DNA of 64,000 bases, from positions 1 through 64,000 of the forward strand of contig JAPDFW010000075.1 of NCBI GenBank assembly GCA_028826165.1, read 5' to 3'. The stretch is from Anaeramoeba ignava BMAN (taxonomy: Eukaryota; Protista; Anaeramoebae). Of this stretch, positions 23,845 through 38,100 are shown piece after piece. Each line of letters begins with the position of its first letter. Within the stretch, counting starts at the first letter, position 1. The notes below the pieces were generated by a model that saw only the letters and a program-made list of their open reading frames with translations, ran no database searches and had not been told where the DNA came from. The translations under genes were made by a program, and so were the position numbers.

Positions 23845-25798
23845 TTAATAAAAATAATGTCTTTTAAGATAATCAATTTCGAAAATAGAAGCAACAATCA
23901 AAATTCCACCAAGGGTAATTATTGAAGGAGTTGAAACAGTTATCCATTCAATAAATATTTTTGATTTAATTTTAAATAAATTAATAATTCTTGAATAAAT
24001 AAAATTAACATTGGAATTTGATAAATAAATAATGAAATGAAATTGATTTTAAGATAAGAATCATAGTAAGAAGGTAAATTTCTAACACTTTTCCATGAAT
24101 CAGTATGTTTACGACAATATCTAAGATAAATAGGCCAAAATATAAATAATGCTGTTGGAAGTATATCAATAATAAATAATGGAATAAATATTGAATTTTG
24201 TGTAATTCCTGAAATATTTTGTTTATAAAGAATAAATAATATCATAAAAGTTGTAATTGGTATATTGAATATAAGAATATAAGAAATAATAATGTTTGTC
24301 AAATAATCCTCTTCTTCTCTTATTTTCCTGTAAGTTGTTACTGGAAAATAAATCCAAGCTCCAAATGAAGTTAAATGAGGAATTAATATTATAAACCATG
24401 GAAATGAATTTGAATATTCTAATTTGATACTTAATAATATTAAAAATATTATTGTACTTATAACTGATATTATCATTGAAATTGTGAAATGATAAGCATG
24501 TCGACTATCTTTCATGAAATAAAAACAAAATCCAATATAAAGCAAACAACAGAAAAATATTTCTACAGGAAGAAATATATAAACATAATTTGTTTCAATA
24601 ATCAAATCAAGTTTTAACATTGATAATATAATTGTAATCAAAAATGATAATGAAAATAATATTGGAACAACTCCTCCTTCAAATATTTTCAATGCTTTAT
24701 CTACTTTTTGAGAATTCGAATTTGGATGTAAGTCATAAAATTTAAAATCTTTTTCCACTAATCGATAAACATCTTCAAATTTCTTAATTTGTTGAACAAT
24801 TAATTTTTTTGGATTATTTTCAATTAAATCAACAACTTCTTGGTTAATTTGTAAATTTTCTTTGAAATATTGTTGATATTTATCATGTTTGATTTTTGGA
24901 TATAATTTAGATTTTAAATCTTTATTTTGAGGATTTATATTATATCGATAATTTGGATGATAAAATGTATCATTTTGATTTTTATTCTGATCATAAAATG
25001 GATCATAAATCGGATTATTTGGATCAAGAAGTGGATCATAATTTGGATCATTTATATCAGTAATTGGTTTTTTTTGTTCTTCTTTTTCTTTTTCTTTTTC
25101 CTTTTCTTCTTCTTTTTTATCAAAATAAATTTCTTCTTTTTGTTGTTCTAATAATCTTTCATATTCTTCTTCAAAATATTTACAAATCCCAATTACTCCT
25201 CTAAATCCAAAATTAAATGATCTTGTTGTTTGATATCTATAAGTATAACTTGTTATAAAGACAAAATCCAAAAAAGGAGCATTTTTCCTTAAAACATTTC
25301 TCCATAAAATAGGTTCATTTGAAATTCTTTGAAATTGAGAACAAGTTGCTTCACAAATACAAAGATGACTTGGTTTATCAAGATATTCAAATATCATTAA
25401 AATAACTATTAAATTTTTTTTAAAATTATTAAATTAGATTTGAATTTGAATTTAGAATTAATTTTAATTGATTTTTATTTACGTTCTTCAGGTAACCAAT
25501 CAAAATAACTTTCATTTTCATCTTCATCTTCTTCTTTTTCTTTTTCTGTTTTATTCTCAATAAAATTTAAATTAATATCTGAATATAAATCAATATTCTT
25601 ATCTGCAAATTCTTCAATAAAATTTGGATTTCGATTTATGTTTCGTTGATAACGTGATGTTTCTTTTTCAAGATAATTAATCATTTTATTTGCTTTTGAA
25701 GTTGAATAAATTTGATTAATAAAAGTTGTATAATGTAGATGCACATAAGTTTTAATAAGTTCATAATAAGGTGTTTGTTTATTTTGATTTGAATTCAT
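23845..25798 (-). CDS. F-box + multi-pass membrane (TMEM185/TMEM203-like) protein, copy A; intron 25406-25482; 3' frameshift near 23960
   Basis: Splicing restores the F-box FDWLPEELILMIFEYLD...LCICEATCSQFQRISNEPILW. Hydrophobic helices follow, with repeated LKLD/IKLE/LKLN...W..I..P motifs. Confidence 0.85.
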
Positions 25799-25904
25799 TT
25801 TTATTTGTTTTTCAAAAATTTTTTTATTAAAAGAAAAAAAGAGAGAAAAAATGATTTTTTAAAAAAAAAATATCAAAAAAAATAATTTTGAGATTTAATT
25901 TAGA

Positions 25905-27883
25905 TTAATAACCATAAAGATGTCTTCTTTTAATATATTTCACTTCAAGAATTGTCCCAAAAAGCAAAATTCCACCAAGAGTAATTATTGAAGGAATTGA
26001 AACAGTTATCCATTCAATAAATATTTTTTGATTTAATTTTAAATAAATTAATAATTCTTGAATAAATAAAATTAACATTGGAATTTGATAAATAAATAAT
26101 GAAATGAAATTGATTTTAAGATAAGAATTGTAACTTGAAGGTAAATTTCTAACACTTTTCCATGAATCAGTATGTTTACGACAATATCTAAGATAAATAG
26201 GCCAAAATATAAATAATGCTGTTGGAAGTATGTCAATAATAAATAATGGAATAAATATTGAATTTTGTGTAATTCCTGAAATATTTTGTTTATAAAGAAT
26301 AAATAATATCATAAAAGTTGTAATTGGTATATGAAATATAAGAATATAAGAAATAATAATGTTTATCAAATAATCTTCTTCATCTCTTATTTTCCTGTAA
26401 ATTGTTACTGGAAAATAAATCCAAGCTCCAAATGAAGTTAAATGAGGAATTAATATTATAAACCATGGAAATGAATTTGAATATTCTAATTTGATACTTA
26501 ATAATATTAAAAATATTATTGTACTTATAATTGATATTATCATTGAAATTGTGAAATGATAAGTATGCCGATTTGTTCGCTTTAAATAAAAACAAAATCC
26601 AATATAAAGCAAACAACATAAAAATATTTCTACAGGAATGAATATGTAAATGCAATTTGTTTCAATAATCAAATCAAGTTTTAGCATTGATAATATAATT
26701 GTAATCAAGAATGATAATGAAAATAATATTGGAATAGCTCCTTCTTCAAATATTTTCAATGCTTTATCTATTTTTTCAGAATTTATAGGATTTGGATTTG
26801 AATCATAAAATTTATAATCTCTCTTTATTACTCGATAAGCACTTTCAAATTTATTAATTTGTTGAACAATTAATTTTTTTGGATTATTTTCAATTAAATC
26901 AACAACTTCTTGGCTAGTTTGTAAATTCTCTTTGAAATATTGTTGATATTTATCATGTTTGATTTTTGGATATAATTTAGATTTTAAATCTTTATTTTGA
27001 GGATTTATATTATATCGATAATTTGGATGATAAAATGTATCATTTGAATCGTTATTCTGATCATAAAATGGATCATAAATCGGATTATTTGGATCAAGAA
27101 GTGGATCATAATTTGGATCATTTGGATCAGTAATTGGTTTTTTTTCTTTTTCTTTTTCTTTTTCTTTTTCAATTTCTTCTTCTTTTTTATCAAAATAAAT
27201 TTCTTCTTTTTGTTGTTCTAATAATCTTTCATATTCTTCTTCAAAATATTTACAAATCCCAATTACTCCATCAAAATTAAAATAACAAGAAACTGTTGTT
27301 TGATATCTATAACTTGAACCTGCTAAAATTAAGAAATCCAAAAAAGGAGCATTTTTCCTTAAAACATTTCTCCATAAAATAGGTTCATTTGAAATTCTTT
27401 GAAATTGAGAACAAGTTGCTTCACAAATACAAAGATGACTTGGTTTATCGAAATATTCAAATATCATTAAAATAACTATTAAATTTTTTTTAAAATTATT
27501 AAATTAGATTTGAATTTGAATTTAGAATTAATTTTATTTGATTTTTATTTACTTTCTTCAGGTAACCATTCAAAATAATCTTCATTTTCATCTTCTTTTT
27601 TTTCTTTTTCAATTTCTATTTCTATTTCTCTTTTATTTTCAATTTCTATTTCATTTTCTTTCTCAATAAAATCTAAATTAATATTTGAATATAAATCAAC
27701 ATTTTTATTTGTAAATTCTTCAATTTCATATTGATTTTTTTGTGTATATTTTTCAAGATAATTAATCATTTTATTTGCTTTTGAAGTTGGGTAAATTTGA
27801 TTAATAAAAGTTGTATAATGTAGATGTAAATAAATTTGAATTATTTCATAATAATATAACGGTTTATTTTGATTTAAATTCAT
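25905..27883 (-). CDS. F-box + multi-pass membrane protein, copy B; intron 27476-27552
   Basis: ORFs 27545-27883 and 25905-27467 are joined by a phase-1 GT-AG intron within the F-box. Confidence 0.88.
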
Positions 27884-27974
27884 TTTTGTTTTTCAAAGAT
27901 TTTTTTATTAAAAGAAAAAAAGAAAAAAAATGATTTTTTAAAAAAAAAATATCAAAAAAAATTTTAATTTTGAG

Positions 27975-30072
27975 ATTTAATTTTGATTTAATTTAGATTT
28001 AATTTTGATTTAATTTTGATTTAATTTATATTTAATTTTGATTTAATTTTGATTTAATTTTGATTTAATTTTGATTTAATTTATATTTAATTTATATTTA
28101 ATTTTGATTTAATTTATATTTAATTTTGATTTAATTTTGATTTAATTTATATTTAATTTTGATTTATTTTTGATTTAATTTTGATTTAATTTTGATTTAA
28201 TTTTGATTTAATTTAGATTTAATTTTGATTTAATTTTGATTTAATTTTGATTTAATTTAGATTTAATTTTTGATTTAATTTTGATTTAATTTTGATTTAA
28301 TTTTGATTTAATTTAGATTTAATTTAGATTTAATTTATATTTAATTTTGATTTAATTTTGATTTAATTTTGAATTTAATTTTAATTTAATTTAGATTTAA
28401 TTTTAATTTAATTTATATTTAATTTTGATTTAATTTTGATTTAATTTATATTTAATTTTAATTTAATTTAATTTTAATTTTGATTTAATTTTAATTTAAT
28501 TTTTGATTTAATTTTGATTTAATTTTGATTTAATTTTGATTTAATTTTGATTTAATTTTGATTTAATTTTGATTTAATTTTGATTTAATTTATATTTAAT
28601 TTATATTTAATTTATATTTAATTTTGATTTAATTTATATTTAATTTTGATTTAATTTTGATTTAATTTTGATTTAATTTTGATTTTAATTTAATTTTGAT
28701 TTAATTTTGATTTAATTTTGATTTAATTTTGATTTAATTTTAATTTAATTTTGATTTAATTTTTGATTTAATTTTAATTTAATTTTGATTTAATTTTAAT
28801 TTAATTTATATTTAATTTTGATTTAATTTTGATTTAATTTTGATTTAATTTATATTTAATTTTGATTTAATTTTGATTTAATTTTGATTTAATTTTATAT
28901 TTAATTTTGATTTAATTTTGATTTAATTTTGATTTAATTTTGATTTAATTTTGATTTAATTTATATTTAATTTATATTTAATTTATATTTAATTTTGATT
29001 TAATTTTGATTTAATTTTGATTTAATTTATATTTAATTTATATTTAATTTAGATTTAATTTATATTTAATTTTGATTTAATTTATATTTAATTTATATTT
29101 AATTTTGATTTAATTTTGATTTAATTTTAATTTAATTTTGATTTAATTTTGATTTAATTTTGATTTAATTTTGATTTAATTTTTATTTAATTTATATTTA
29201 ATTTTGATTTAATTTATATTTAATTTATATTTAATTTATATTTAATTTTGATTTAATTTATATTTAATTTATATTTAATTTTGATTTAATTTTATATTTA
29301 ATTTTGATTTAATTTTGATTTAATTTTGATTTAATTTTGATTTAATTTTGATTTAATTTTTATTTAATTTTGATTTAATTTATATTTAATTTTGATTTAA
29401 TTTTGATTTAATTTTAATTTAATTTTGATTTAATTTTGATTTAATTTTGATTTAATTTATATTTAATTTATATTTAATTTATATTTAATTTTGATTTAAT
29501 TTTGATTTAATTTATATTTAATTTTGATTTAATTTATATTTTAATTTAGATTTAATTTATATTTAATTTTGATTTAATTTAGATTTAATTTATATTTAAT
29601 TTATATTTAATTTTGATTTAATTTATATTTAATTTTGATTTATTTTTGATTTAATTTTGATTTAATTTATATTTAATTTTTGATTTAATTTATATATTTA
29701 ATTTTGATTTAATTTATATTTAATTTTGATTTAATTTTGATTTAATTTTGATTTAATTTATATTTAATTTTGATTTAATTTATATTTAATTTTGATTTAA
29801 TTTTGATTTAATTTATATTTAATTTTAATTTAATTTTGATTTAATTTTGATTTAATTTTGATTTAATTTTGATTTAATTTTGATTTAATTTTGATTTAAT
29901 TTTGATTTAATTTTGATTTAATTTTGATTTAATTTTAATTTAATTTATATTTAATTTTAATTTAATTTATATTTAATTTTGATTTAATTTATATTTAATT
30001 TTGATTTAATTTATATTTAATTTTGATTTAATTTTTGATTTAATTTTGATTTAATTTATATTTAATTTTGAT
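27975..30072. repeat. 11-bp satellite (ATTTAATTTTG / ATTTAATTTAT / ATTTAATTTAG), ~2.1 kb, intergenic
   Basis: Directly visible tandem array between F-box copies B and C. Confidence 0.95.
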
Positions 30073-30080
30073 ATTGTTTT

Positions 30081-32060
30081 TCAATAATAATATTTAGGAA
30101 GAAAATAATTCCTTTTAATATAATCAACTTCAAGAATTATCCCAAAAATCAAAATTCCACCAAGAGTAATTATTGAAGGAATTGAAACAGTTATCCATTC
30201 AATAAATATTTTTTGATTTAATTTTAAATAAATTAATAATTCTTGAATAAATAAAATTAACATTGGAATTTGATAAATAAATAATGAAATGAAATTGATT
30301 TTGAGATAAGAATCATAAGGTTTTGGTAAATTTCTAACACTTTTCCATGAATCCATGTGTTTACGACAATATCTAAGATAAATAGGCCAAAATATAAATA
30401 ATGCTGTTGGAAGTATATCAATAATAAATAATGGAATAAATATTGAATTTTGTGTAATTCCTGAAATATTTTTGTTTATAAAGAATAAATAATATCATAA
30501 AAATTGTAATTGGTATATGAAATATAAGAATATAAGAAATAATAATGTTTATCAAATAATCTTCTTCATCTCTTATTTTCCTGTAAGCTTTTATTGGAAA
30601 ATAAATCCAAGCTCCAAATGAAGTTAAATGAGGAATTAATATTATAAACCATGGAAATGAATTTGAATATTCTAATTTGATACTTAATAATATTAAAAAT
30701 ATTATTGTACTTATAATTGATATTATCATTGAAATTGTCAAATGATAAGAATTTCTATTTGTTTTCATGAAATAGAAACAAAATCCAATATAAAGCAAAC
30801 AACATAAAAATATTTCTACAGGAATGAATATGTAAATGCAATTTGTTTCAATAATCAAATCAAGTTTTAGCATTGATAATATAATTGTAATCAAGAATGA
30901 TAATGAAAATAATATTGGAACAACTCCTTCTTCAAATATTTTCAATGCTTTATCTACTTTTTCGGGATATTGATGATGTGACTCATAAAATTTAAAACCT
31001 TTCTCTGCTAATCGATAAGCACTTTCAAATTTATTAATTTGTTGAACAATTAATTTTTTTGGATTATTTTCAATTAATCTAACAATGCTTTTTTCGATTT
31101 CTAAATTTCGAATAGATTCACTATATCGATCATAAGGAATATTTTGATAAAAAGTTGGTTTTGAAATTTGGTTTTGATAATTTGGATCATAATCTGACTC
31201 AAGAAGTGGATCAAGAAGAGAATCTTTATAATCATTATTTAAATGAACAATTGGCTTTTTTTCTTCTTTTTTTTCTTCTTTTTCAATTTCTTCTTTTTTA
31301 TCAAAATAATTTTCTTCTTTTTGTTGTTCTAATAATCTTTCATATTCTTCTTCAAAATATTTACAAATCCCAATTACTCCTTTAAATGAAAAATAACAAG
31401 AAACTGTTGTTGCATATTTTGAAACAGAACTTGATACCATTAAAAAATCCAAATAAGGAGCAGTTTTCCTTAAAACATTTCTCCATAAAATAGGTTCATT
31501 TGAAATTCTTTGAAATTGAGAACAAGTTGCTTCACAAATACAAAGATGACTTGGTTTATCAAGATATTCAAATATCATTAAAATAACTATTAAATTTTTT
31601 TTAAAATTATTAAATTAGATTTGAATTTGAATTTAGAATTAATTTTAATTGATTTTTATTTACGTTCTTCAGGTAACCAATCAAAATAATCTTCATTTTC
31701 ATCTTCATCTTCATCTTCATCTTCTTTTTCTTTTTCTTTTTCATTCTCAATAAAATTTAAATTAATATTTGAATATAAATCAACATTCTTATTTGTAAAT
31801 TCTGGAAAACTTTTTTTGTATCTATTTCCTTTATATTGATGAATAGAATCATAATCATAATCATATTCGTCATCATAGTCATAATCATAATAATTATAAT
31901 TATAACTATTTTTTTCAATTAAACTAATCATTTTATTTGCTTTTGAACTTGGATAAATTTCTTGAAGGAAAGTATTATAACTAATATTTGAAAAAGTTTC
32001 AATAATTTGATAATAAGGTGTTTTATTTTGTTTTTGTTTTTGATTTTGATTTGGAATCAT
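30081..32060 (-). CDS. F-box + multi-pass membrane protein, copy C; intron 31587-31663; frameshift near 30470
   Basis: ORFs 31656-32060, 30418-31578 and 30081-30356 are colinear with copy B. Confidence 0.85.
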
Positions 32061-32150
32061 TTTTTTGTTTATTAAATTATAAAAAAAGTAAAAAAAAAAA
32101 TGAAATTTTTAAAAAGGGAAAAATTCAAAAAAAATAAAAAATAAAATATT

Positions 32151-34946
32151 TTAATTATTTAAACCAATTTTTTTTGCTTCTAATATTAATTCACTAATTT
32201 TTGGATTTAATTTTGATTGTTCTGAAGAAAATCTTTTTTCAATAAATTTTTCAATTGCAAAAATTCCATGTCTAAAAATTAATTTAAAAATAGAATCTTT
32301 AAGTGAACGAACCAAAAGTATACTTTCCTCAAAAGAGAATTTTTTTTCTTGTAAATATGTTGATATTCTATCTGCATTTACGATCACTTCTGAAATTGTT
32401 CCTCTTTTAACATTCATTTCTAATAATTTTCTCCAAATGTTTCTATTTTTCGTTTTAATTTTATTTCCTGATTTTTGGATTGCAAATATATAAGATTTTT
32501 TTGCTATTCTGTAATTTTTAAATCTAACAGCTAAATCTCCAAATAATTCAAATTCTTTTTTTGAAAAACTATTTTTGAAATTTGCTATTTCTTGTTTTGA
32601 TTTTTCTTCCAAAACCAAAAAAGAGTTAAAGCATTTTGAATCTTGATAAAGTATTTGAATGAAGTTATCTAACCAACTTCGACAATGAATTTTAATATAA
32701 TATGGGACTATTGGTGAAAATGGAGCTCCAATTCTTTTTTGGAATATTTTTTTTTGATCTTTTTGTTTTGAGAAAATTTCATCGAATTCTTTTGATGAAT
32801 TGGAGATATCGGTTGTAAATCCGCAATGATTTTCTTGATTATTAATATTGATATTAATATGATTTTCTTGATTATTATTATTTTCTTTATTATTTTCTTG
32901 ATTATTATTATTTTCTTGATGATTTTCTTGATGATTTTTCTTCATTTGTTTTTTTTTTAATCGCATTTTTTCTTTTTTCTTAATTTCTTTTTCAATTTCC
33001 TTTTTTTCTTCTTCAGATAATTCATTATTAATTTGTTCTGAATAATGAATACATTCCCCAAAATATTGTTGATATACTTGTGATTTAATATTTCCTGAAT
33101 TCCGAATATTTCTATCAAAAACCTCTGTTCTGCATTCTATCATTTTATCCCATCCATAAACATTAACAAAACTAATTAAAATTTTGTAAACTTTCTTTTC
33201 CAAATGAGTTTCAAAATTCCAACTTTTTAAATTAAATATATTTTTATGATCATTCCCTTTTGGAATAGAAATTTTAGGGATATTTTGATTTTTTTGAGGA
33301 ATTTTCTTATTGAAAGAATCAATATTCAAATGGTTTTGTTTGTGATCTGAAGCAAATATTTTTGCAGGTTTTGGAAATAAATCATCTAAATTTAAAAGTG
33401 GAAATTTTTGACATTCTTTGTTTGAAGAAAATGGGATATTATTAATAGTTTCAAAAACTCCATGAAAATTTTTGTCTTTCAATCTTGCCTTTGCAAGAAG
33501 AATATACGAATAAGGACAAAAAGGAGCAAGTGATACTAATCTGTTTGTTAATTTGATTGCTTGTGCTATTCTGTTTGATCGAAGAAGTGATTTTACTAAT
33601 TGTGATATTATTGGTATTGAATTTGGTTTTCTTGTATAATTTTTAATCAAAATATCATTAGATGATTTATAGTCTCTCAATTTACAATAGGCTTTACTAA
33701 TTGGAACCGACATTTCTGGATCTTGATCAACAAATGTTGGAAAAAAAATTAATTGCAAGTTTGAAATTAAAGTTGATGAAAAATATTTTAAAATAGATTT
33801 TGTTAAAAAGTTTTGTTGATTTGAAACTAATCTTCTTGATTTTGAAGAACCTAATTTTTTGCCTTCCCAAAAAAGAAATTTGAAAGTATCTAAAATTTTA
33901 TTTTGGATTGGTTTTTGATCTAAATCTTGAACTTTCTTAATAATTGGAAGAGGACGAAGGATATTTGAATTTTGAACAATGATAGTTCTTAAATAAGATG
34001 AGATGAAAGTTTCAATCCAAATTTTTGTTTCGATTGAATTTAAATTTTGATTTATATTTTGATTTTGATTTATATTTTGATTATTTTGATTTTGATTATT
34101 TTGATTTTGATTATTTTGATTTTGATTATTATGATTTTGATTATTATTATTATTTTGATTATTATGATTTTGATTATTATTTTGATTTTGATTATTATTT
34201 TGATTATTATTTTGATTTTGATTATTTTGATTTTGATTTTGATTATTATTTTGATTTTGATTTTGATTTATATTTTGTTTTTGATTATTATTTTGATTTA
34301 TATTTTGATTATTTTGATTATTTTGATTTTGATTTTGATTATTATTTTGATTTTGATTATTATTTTGATTTTGATTATTATTATTTTGATTTTGATTATT
34401 TTGATTTTGATTATTATTATTATTTTGATTTTGATTATTTCGATTATTTTGATTTTGATTATTATTTTGATTTTGATTATTTTGATTATTATTTTGATTT
34501 AAATTCAAATTTGAAGTTATTCTTGATTCTAAATCAATTTTAACGCCATCTTGATCAACTAAACAAAAAGTAAATTTTCCAGGAAGATAAAATTGAACAT
34601 GAAGATCCAATTTTGAAAAGGCATTAAAAGAACAAAAAGTACCAGAAATAATATCCCATTGTTTATTATTAAAATGAGAAGATTTTTGTGAACTAACCAA
34701 ACGAGCAAAATAACTTGCAATTGAAGAAATACTTGAACAATCAACTCCAATAACATGATGATAAAAACCATAAATAACAACTGGTTGATGTTTTTTCTTT
34801 TTTGATTTAATATTTTCTCTTTTCATTAAATGACAAAAATCAAGCGGTCCAAGTCCAAATTTACTCATTTTAATTTGTATTTGTCTTGTAAGTAATGACT
34901 CTCCTAAATCATTTTCCAAATATTCATTTGTAAATATAAAATCCAT
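32151..34946 (-). CDS. ChAPs family (Bud7/Bch1/Chs6-like exomer cargo adaptor) with a long N/Q insertion
   Basis: GLGPLDFCHLMK...GFYHHVIGVDCSSISSIASY...FCSFNAFSKLDLHV; WIETFISS; TPR-like region; WLDNFIQILYQD. Confidence 0.85.
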   Translation of the reverse strand: MDFIFTNEYLENDLGESLLTRQIQIKMSKFGLGPLDFCHLMKRENIKSKKKKHQPVVIYGFYHHVIGVDCSSISSIASYFARLVSSQKSSHFNNKQWDIISGTFCSFNAFSKLDLHVQFYLPGKFTFCLVDQDGVKIDLESRITSNLNLNQNNNQNNQNQNNNQNQNNRNNQNQNNNNNQNQNNQNQNNNNQNQNNNQNQNNNQNQNQNNQNNQNINQNNNQKQNINQNQNQNNNQNQNQNNQNQNNNQNNNQNQNNNQNHNNQNNNNNQNHNNQNQNNQNQNNQNQNNQNINQNQNINQNLNSIETKIWIETFISSYLRTIIVQNSNILRPLPIIKKVQDLDQKPIQNKILDTFKFLFWEGKKLGSSKSRRLVSNQQNFLTKSILKYFSSTLISNLQLIFFPTFVDQDPEMSVPISKAYCKLRDYKSSNDILIKNYTRKPNSIPIISQLVKSLLRSNRIAQAIKLTNRLVSLAPFCPYSYILLAKARLKDKNFHGVFETINNIPFSSNKECQKFPLLNLDDLFPKPAKIFASDHKQNHLNIDSFNKKIPQKNQNIPKISIPKGNDHKNIFNLKSWNFETHLEKKVYKILISFVNVYGWDKMIECRTEVFDRNIRNSGNIKSQVYQQYFGECIHYSEQINNELSEEEKKEIEKEIKKKEKMRLKKKQMKKNHQENHQENNNNQENNKENNNNQENHINININNQENHCGFTTDISNSSKEFDEIFSKQKDQKKIFQKRIGAPFSPIVPYYIKIHCRSWLDNFIQILYQDSKCFNSFLVLEEKSKQEIANFKNSFSKKEFELFGDLAVRFKNYRIAKKSYIFAIQKSGNKIKTKNRNIWRKLLEMNVKRGTISEVIVNADRISTYLQEKKFSFEESILLVRSLKDSIFKLIFRHGIFAIEKFIEKRFSSEQSKLNPKISELILEAKKIGLNN

Positions 34947-35130
34947 TTTAAGATGTTTTTTTTTTTATGTTAAAAAAAAAGAAATTTAAACTGATGAATT
35001 TTTTTTTTTAAATTAGAAATGAGAATAAAAATGAAAAATAAAATTAAAAAATAAAAATTTAAATTAAAAAAATGTTTTTTTGATTTTCATTTTTTTCATT
35101 TTTTTTTCTTTTTTCTTTCTTTTAAAAAAA

Positions 35131-38100
35131 ATGTCTTATCAATCACAAAAACTTTCACAAAAACAAACAAGAATCAAAACATCTACAAGTTCTTCTTGTA
35201 AATACAAAACATAAATAAAATACAAATAAAATATAAATAAAATATAAATAAAATATAAATAAAATATCAACAAAATATAAAATATAAATTAAATATAAAT
35301 TAAATATAAACAAAATACAAATATAAATAAAATATAAACAAAATACAAATATAAATATAAATAAAAACAAAATATATAAATAAAATATAAATAAAATATA
35401 AATTAAATATAAACTAAATACAAATAAAATATAAATAAAATATAAACAAAATACAAAATACAAATAAAATATAAATAAAATATAAATAAAATATAAATAA
35501 AATATAAATAAAAATAAAATAAAAATATAAACAAAATATAAAATATAAACAAAATATAAAATACAAATACAAAATACAAATATAAACAAAATATAAAATA
35601 TAAAAACAAAATATAAACAAAATACAAATATAAAATAAAATATAAATATAAACAAAATATAAACAAAATATAAAATATAATATAAATATAATATAAACAA
35701 AATATAAACAAAATATAAATAAAATATAAATATAATATAAATTAAAACAAAATATAAATATAAACAAAATATAAAATATAAATATAAACAAAATATAAAT
35801 AAAATATAAAATGGCAAATTGAATTCAAATTAAAAATTAAATATTAATAATTAAATATAAAATTAAATATTAATAATTAAATATTAAATTAATAGCAAAA
35901 TCCCAAAAAGAAAGAATGCTAATCATTTGGATCGAACATTTAATTAAAGAACAATTCAAAGAAAAAAAACTATTGGAAATTCTTAAAGATGGAGTAGTTT
36001 TATGCCATTTAGTATGCCGAATAAGGAAAAAGAAAACACCCAAAAGAATAGTACCAACTGATTCAATAGTCAAAATAAGAAGCAATATTTCATATTTTCT
36101 TGATCAATGCAAACAACTTGGAATTTTACAAAAAGATTTATTCACAACTATTGATTTTGTTGAAAAAAAAGACATCCAAAAAATTTTATTAACTCTTGAT
36201 ACCTTATCAGCAGTTGCTGAAGGATTGGGATTTGAATCCCCTCAAGATTTAACTTTAAAAAAGAAAATGAACGAAACTCAATCAAAACAAAAAAGTAGAA
36301 TGCAAAAATCAAATCAAAAAAAGAAAATCAAAAAAAATGATTTGAATGAAAATGAGGATAAAAAAGAAAAAAAAATCAATGGAAATGAAAAAAAGAATTC
36401 ACAGAAAATGGATATTGACAATGATGAAAACGATGATGATAATAATGATGATAATGATGATAATGATGATAATGATGATGATGATAATACTGAGCAAATT
36501 GATATAAATGAAAATATTTTAATATCGGAAGATCCAAATGATCAAGGAATCCTTTCAACACAACCACTTGATGAAGGAATAAAAAGAAAAAACAGCAAAA
36601 AAATCATCAAAATAAAGCCAGATGCACACAAAAAGAAACAAAATGAGGATAAAACAAAATTATTAACAACTGCAGAAAAAATTAAATTAAGAAGAGTTGA
36701 ATCAACTAATAATGAAAAGAGGCTAAAGGATAAAAAAAAGCCAATCAGAACATCTCTTTCATATTATGGAAAACCAAATATTCATTCGAATAAGAAAAAT
36801 CAGGGAAAATCTAAAAATGAAAAAGTGAAAACTTCTTTATCACCAACAAGAACACCAATCAGTCCATCTTTATCATCACCTTTAGTATCAACAAAAGTAC
36901 CATCAAGATTATCATCGAAATCACCAACAAGAACACCAACAAAAACACCTACAAAAACACCAACAAAAACACCTACAAAAACACCTACAAAAACACACAC
37001 AAAAACATCTCTCACACATTCTCATCCATTAAAAACAGACGAAAAATCACATCCAAAAGAAACTAGAAATAGAGGATCAACTTTTGATTTCAGATCAAAT
37101 AAATCTAATTTAGCTGATGATAAATCTTTTGAAAAGGAATATTCACTTAAAATTGCAAAAGCAAAACATCAAATTCTTGAAAGTTTTTTGACAATTGAAA
37201 ATACAAGTAAAACAATTAAGGAAATGAATGAATTTAAAAAGAAAATTGTTGAAAATACAGTAAAAGTTAATGAAGACGATGAATTTGAGAAACTGACAAA
37301 TTTATCAAATGAAAATATTCAGAATGAATCTTCTCAAAAAGCGAAGAAATTAAGTATAAAATCTGTTTCTTCTTTCAGTGATTTTCAAGAACGTAATCGT
37401 TCTGGAACTCGAAATGAAGAGAGATTTGTTGATTTTAAAAGAGAATCTGTTGATAGTCATGGAAAGTATTATCCTCGTGAAACTTTACAAAAATTATTAA
37501 GAGATAATTCAGAAAATTTTATTGAAATTTGCAAGTGTCCTGAAGATATCAAGCAAGGTTTAATTCAATATTTAATTTAATATTTAATTCAATATTTAAT
37601 TTAATATTTATTTTAATATTTGATATTTAATTTAATATTTAATATTTAATTTTTAATATTTAATATTTGATTTAATATTTAATTCAATATTTATTTTATT
37701 ATTTAATATTTAATTTATTATTTAATATTTATTATTTAATATTTAATATTTAATTCAATATTTATTATTTAAAAAGAAATTTGGATCTACGAAAATCTCC
37801 GACAATTTATAATTGAATTAACAATATTTATGGGGTTTGTCTTAGAAGAAGAAGAAGAAAATAAACCAGAAACAGAAATAGAAACAAAAACAGAAAAAAC
37901 AGAAACAAAAGAAACAATATATTCTGAAGCATGGAAAACACCAGATGATATTTTATCAATTCTTGAAAACACAAATGAAATTTTAGGTGATTATGAAAAA
38001 TTCCCAATTCATTTAAATTATATTCCAAAACAATCTCAACGTTCATTTAAAACTCTTTCAAGAAGATTATATCGTTCTTTTATTTATGGTTATTTTCATA

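Noticed and set aside
27975-30072. CRISPR array or telomere
   Set aside because: Contiguous AT-rich units with no unique spacers, no cas genes and no G-rich strand; genes continue on both sides.
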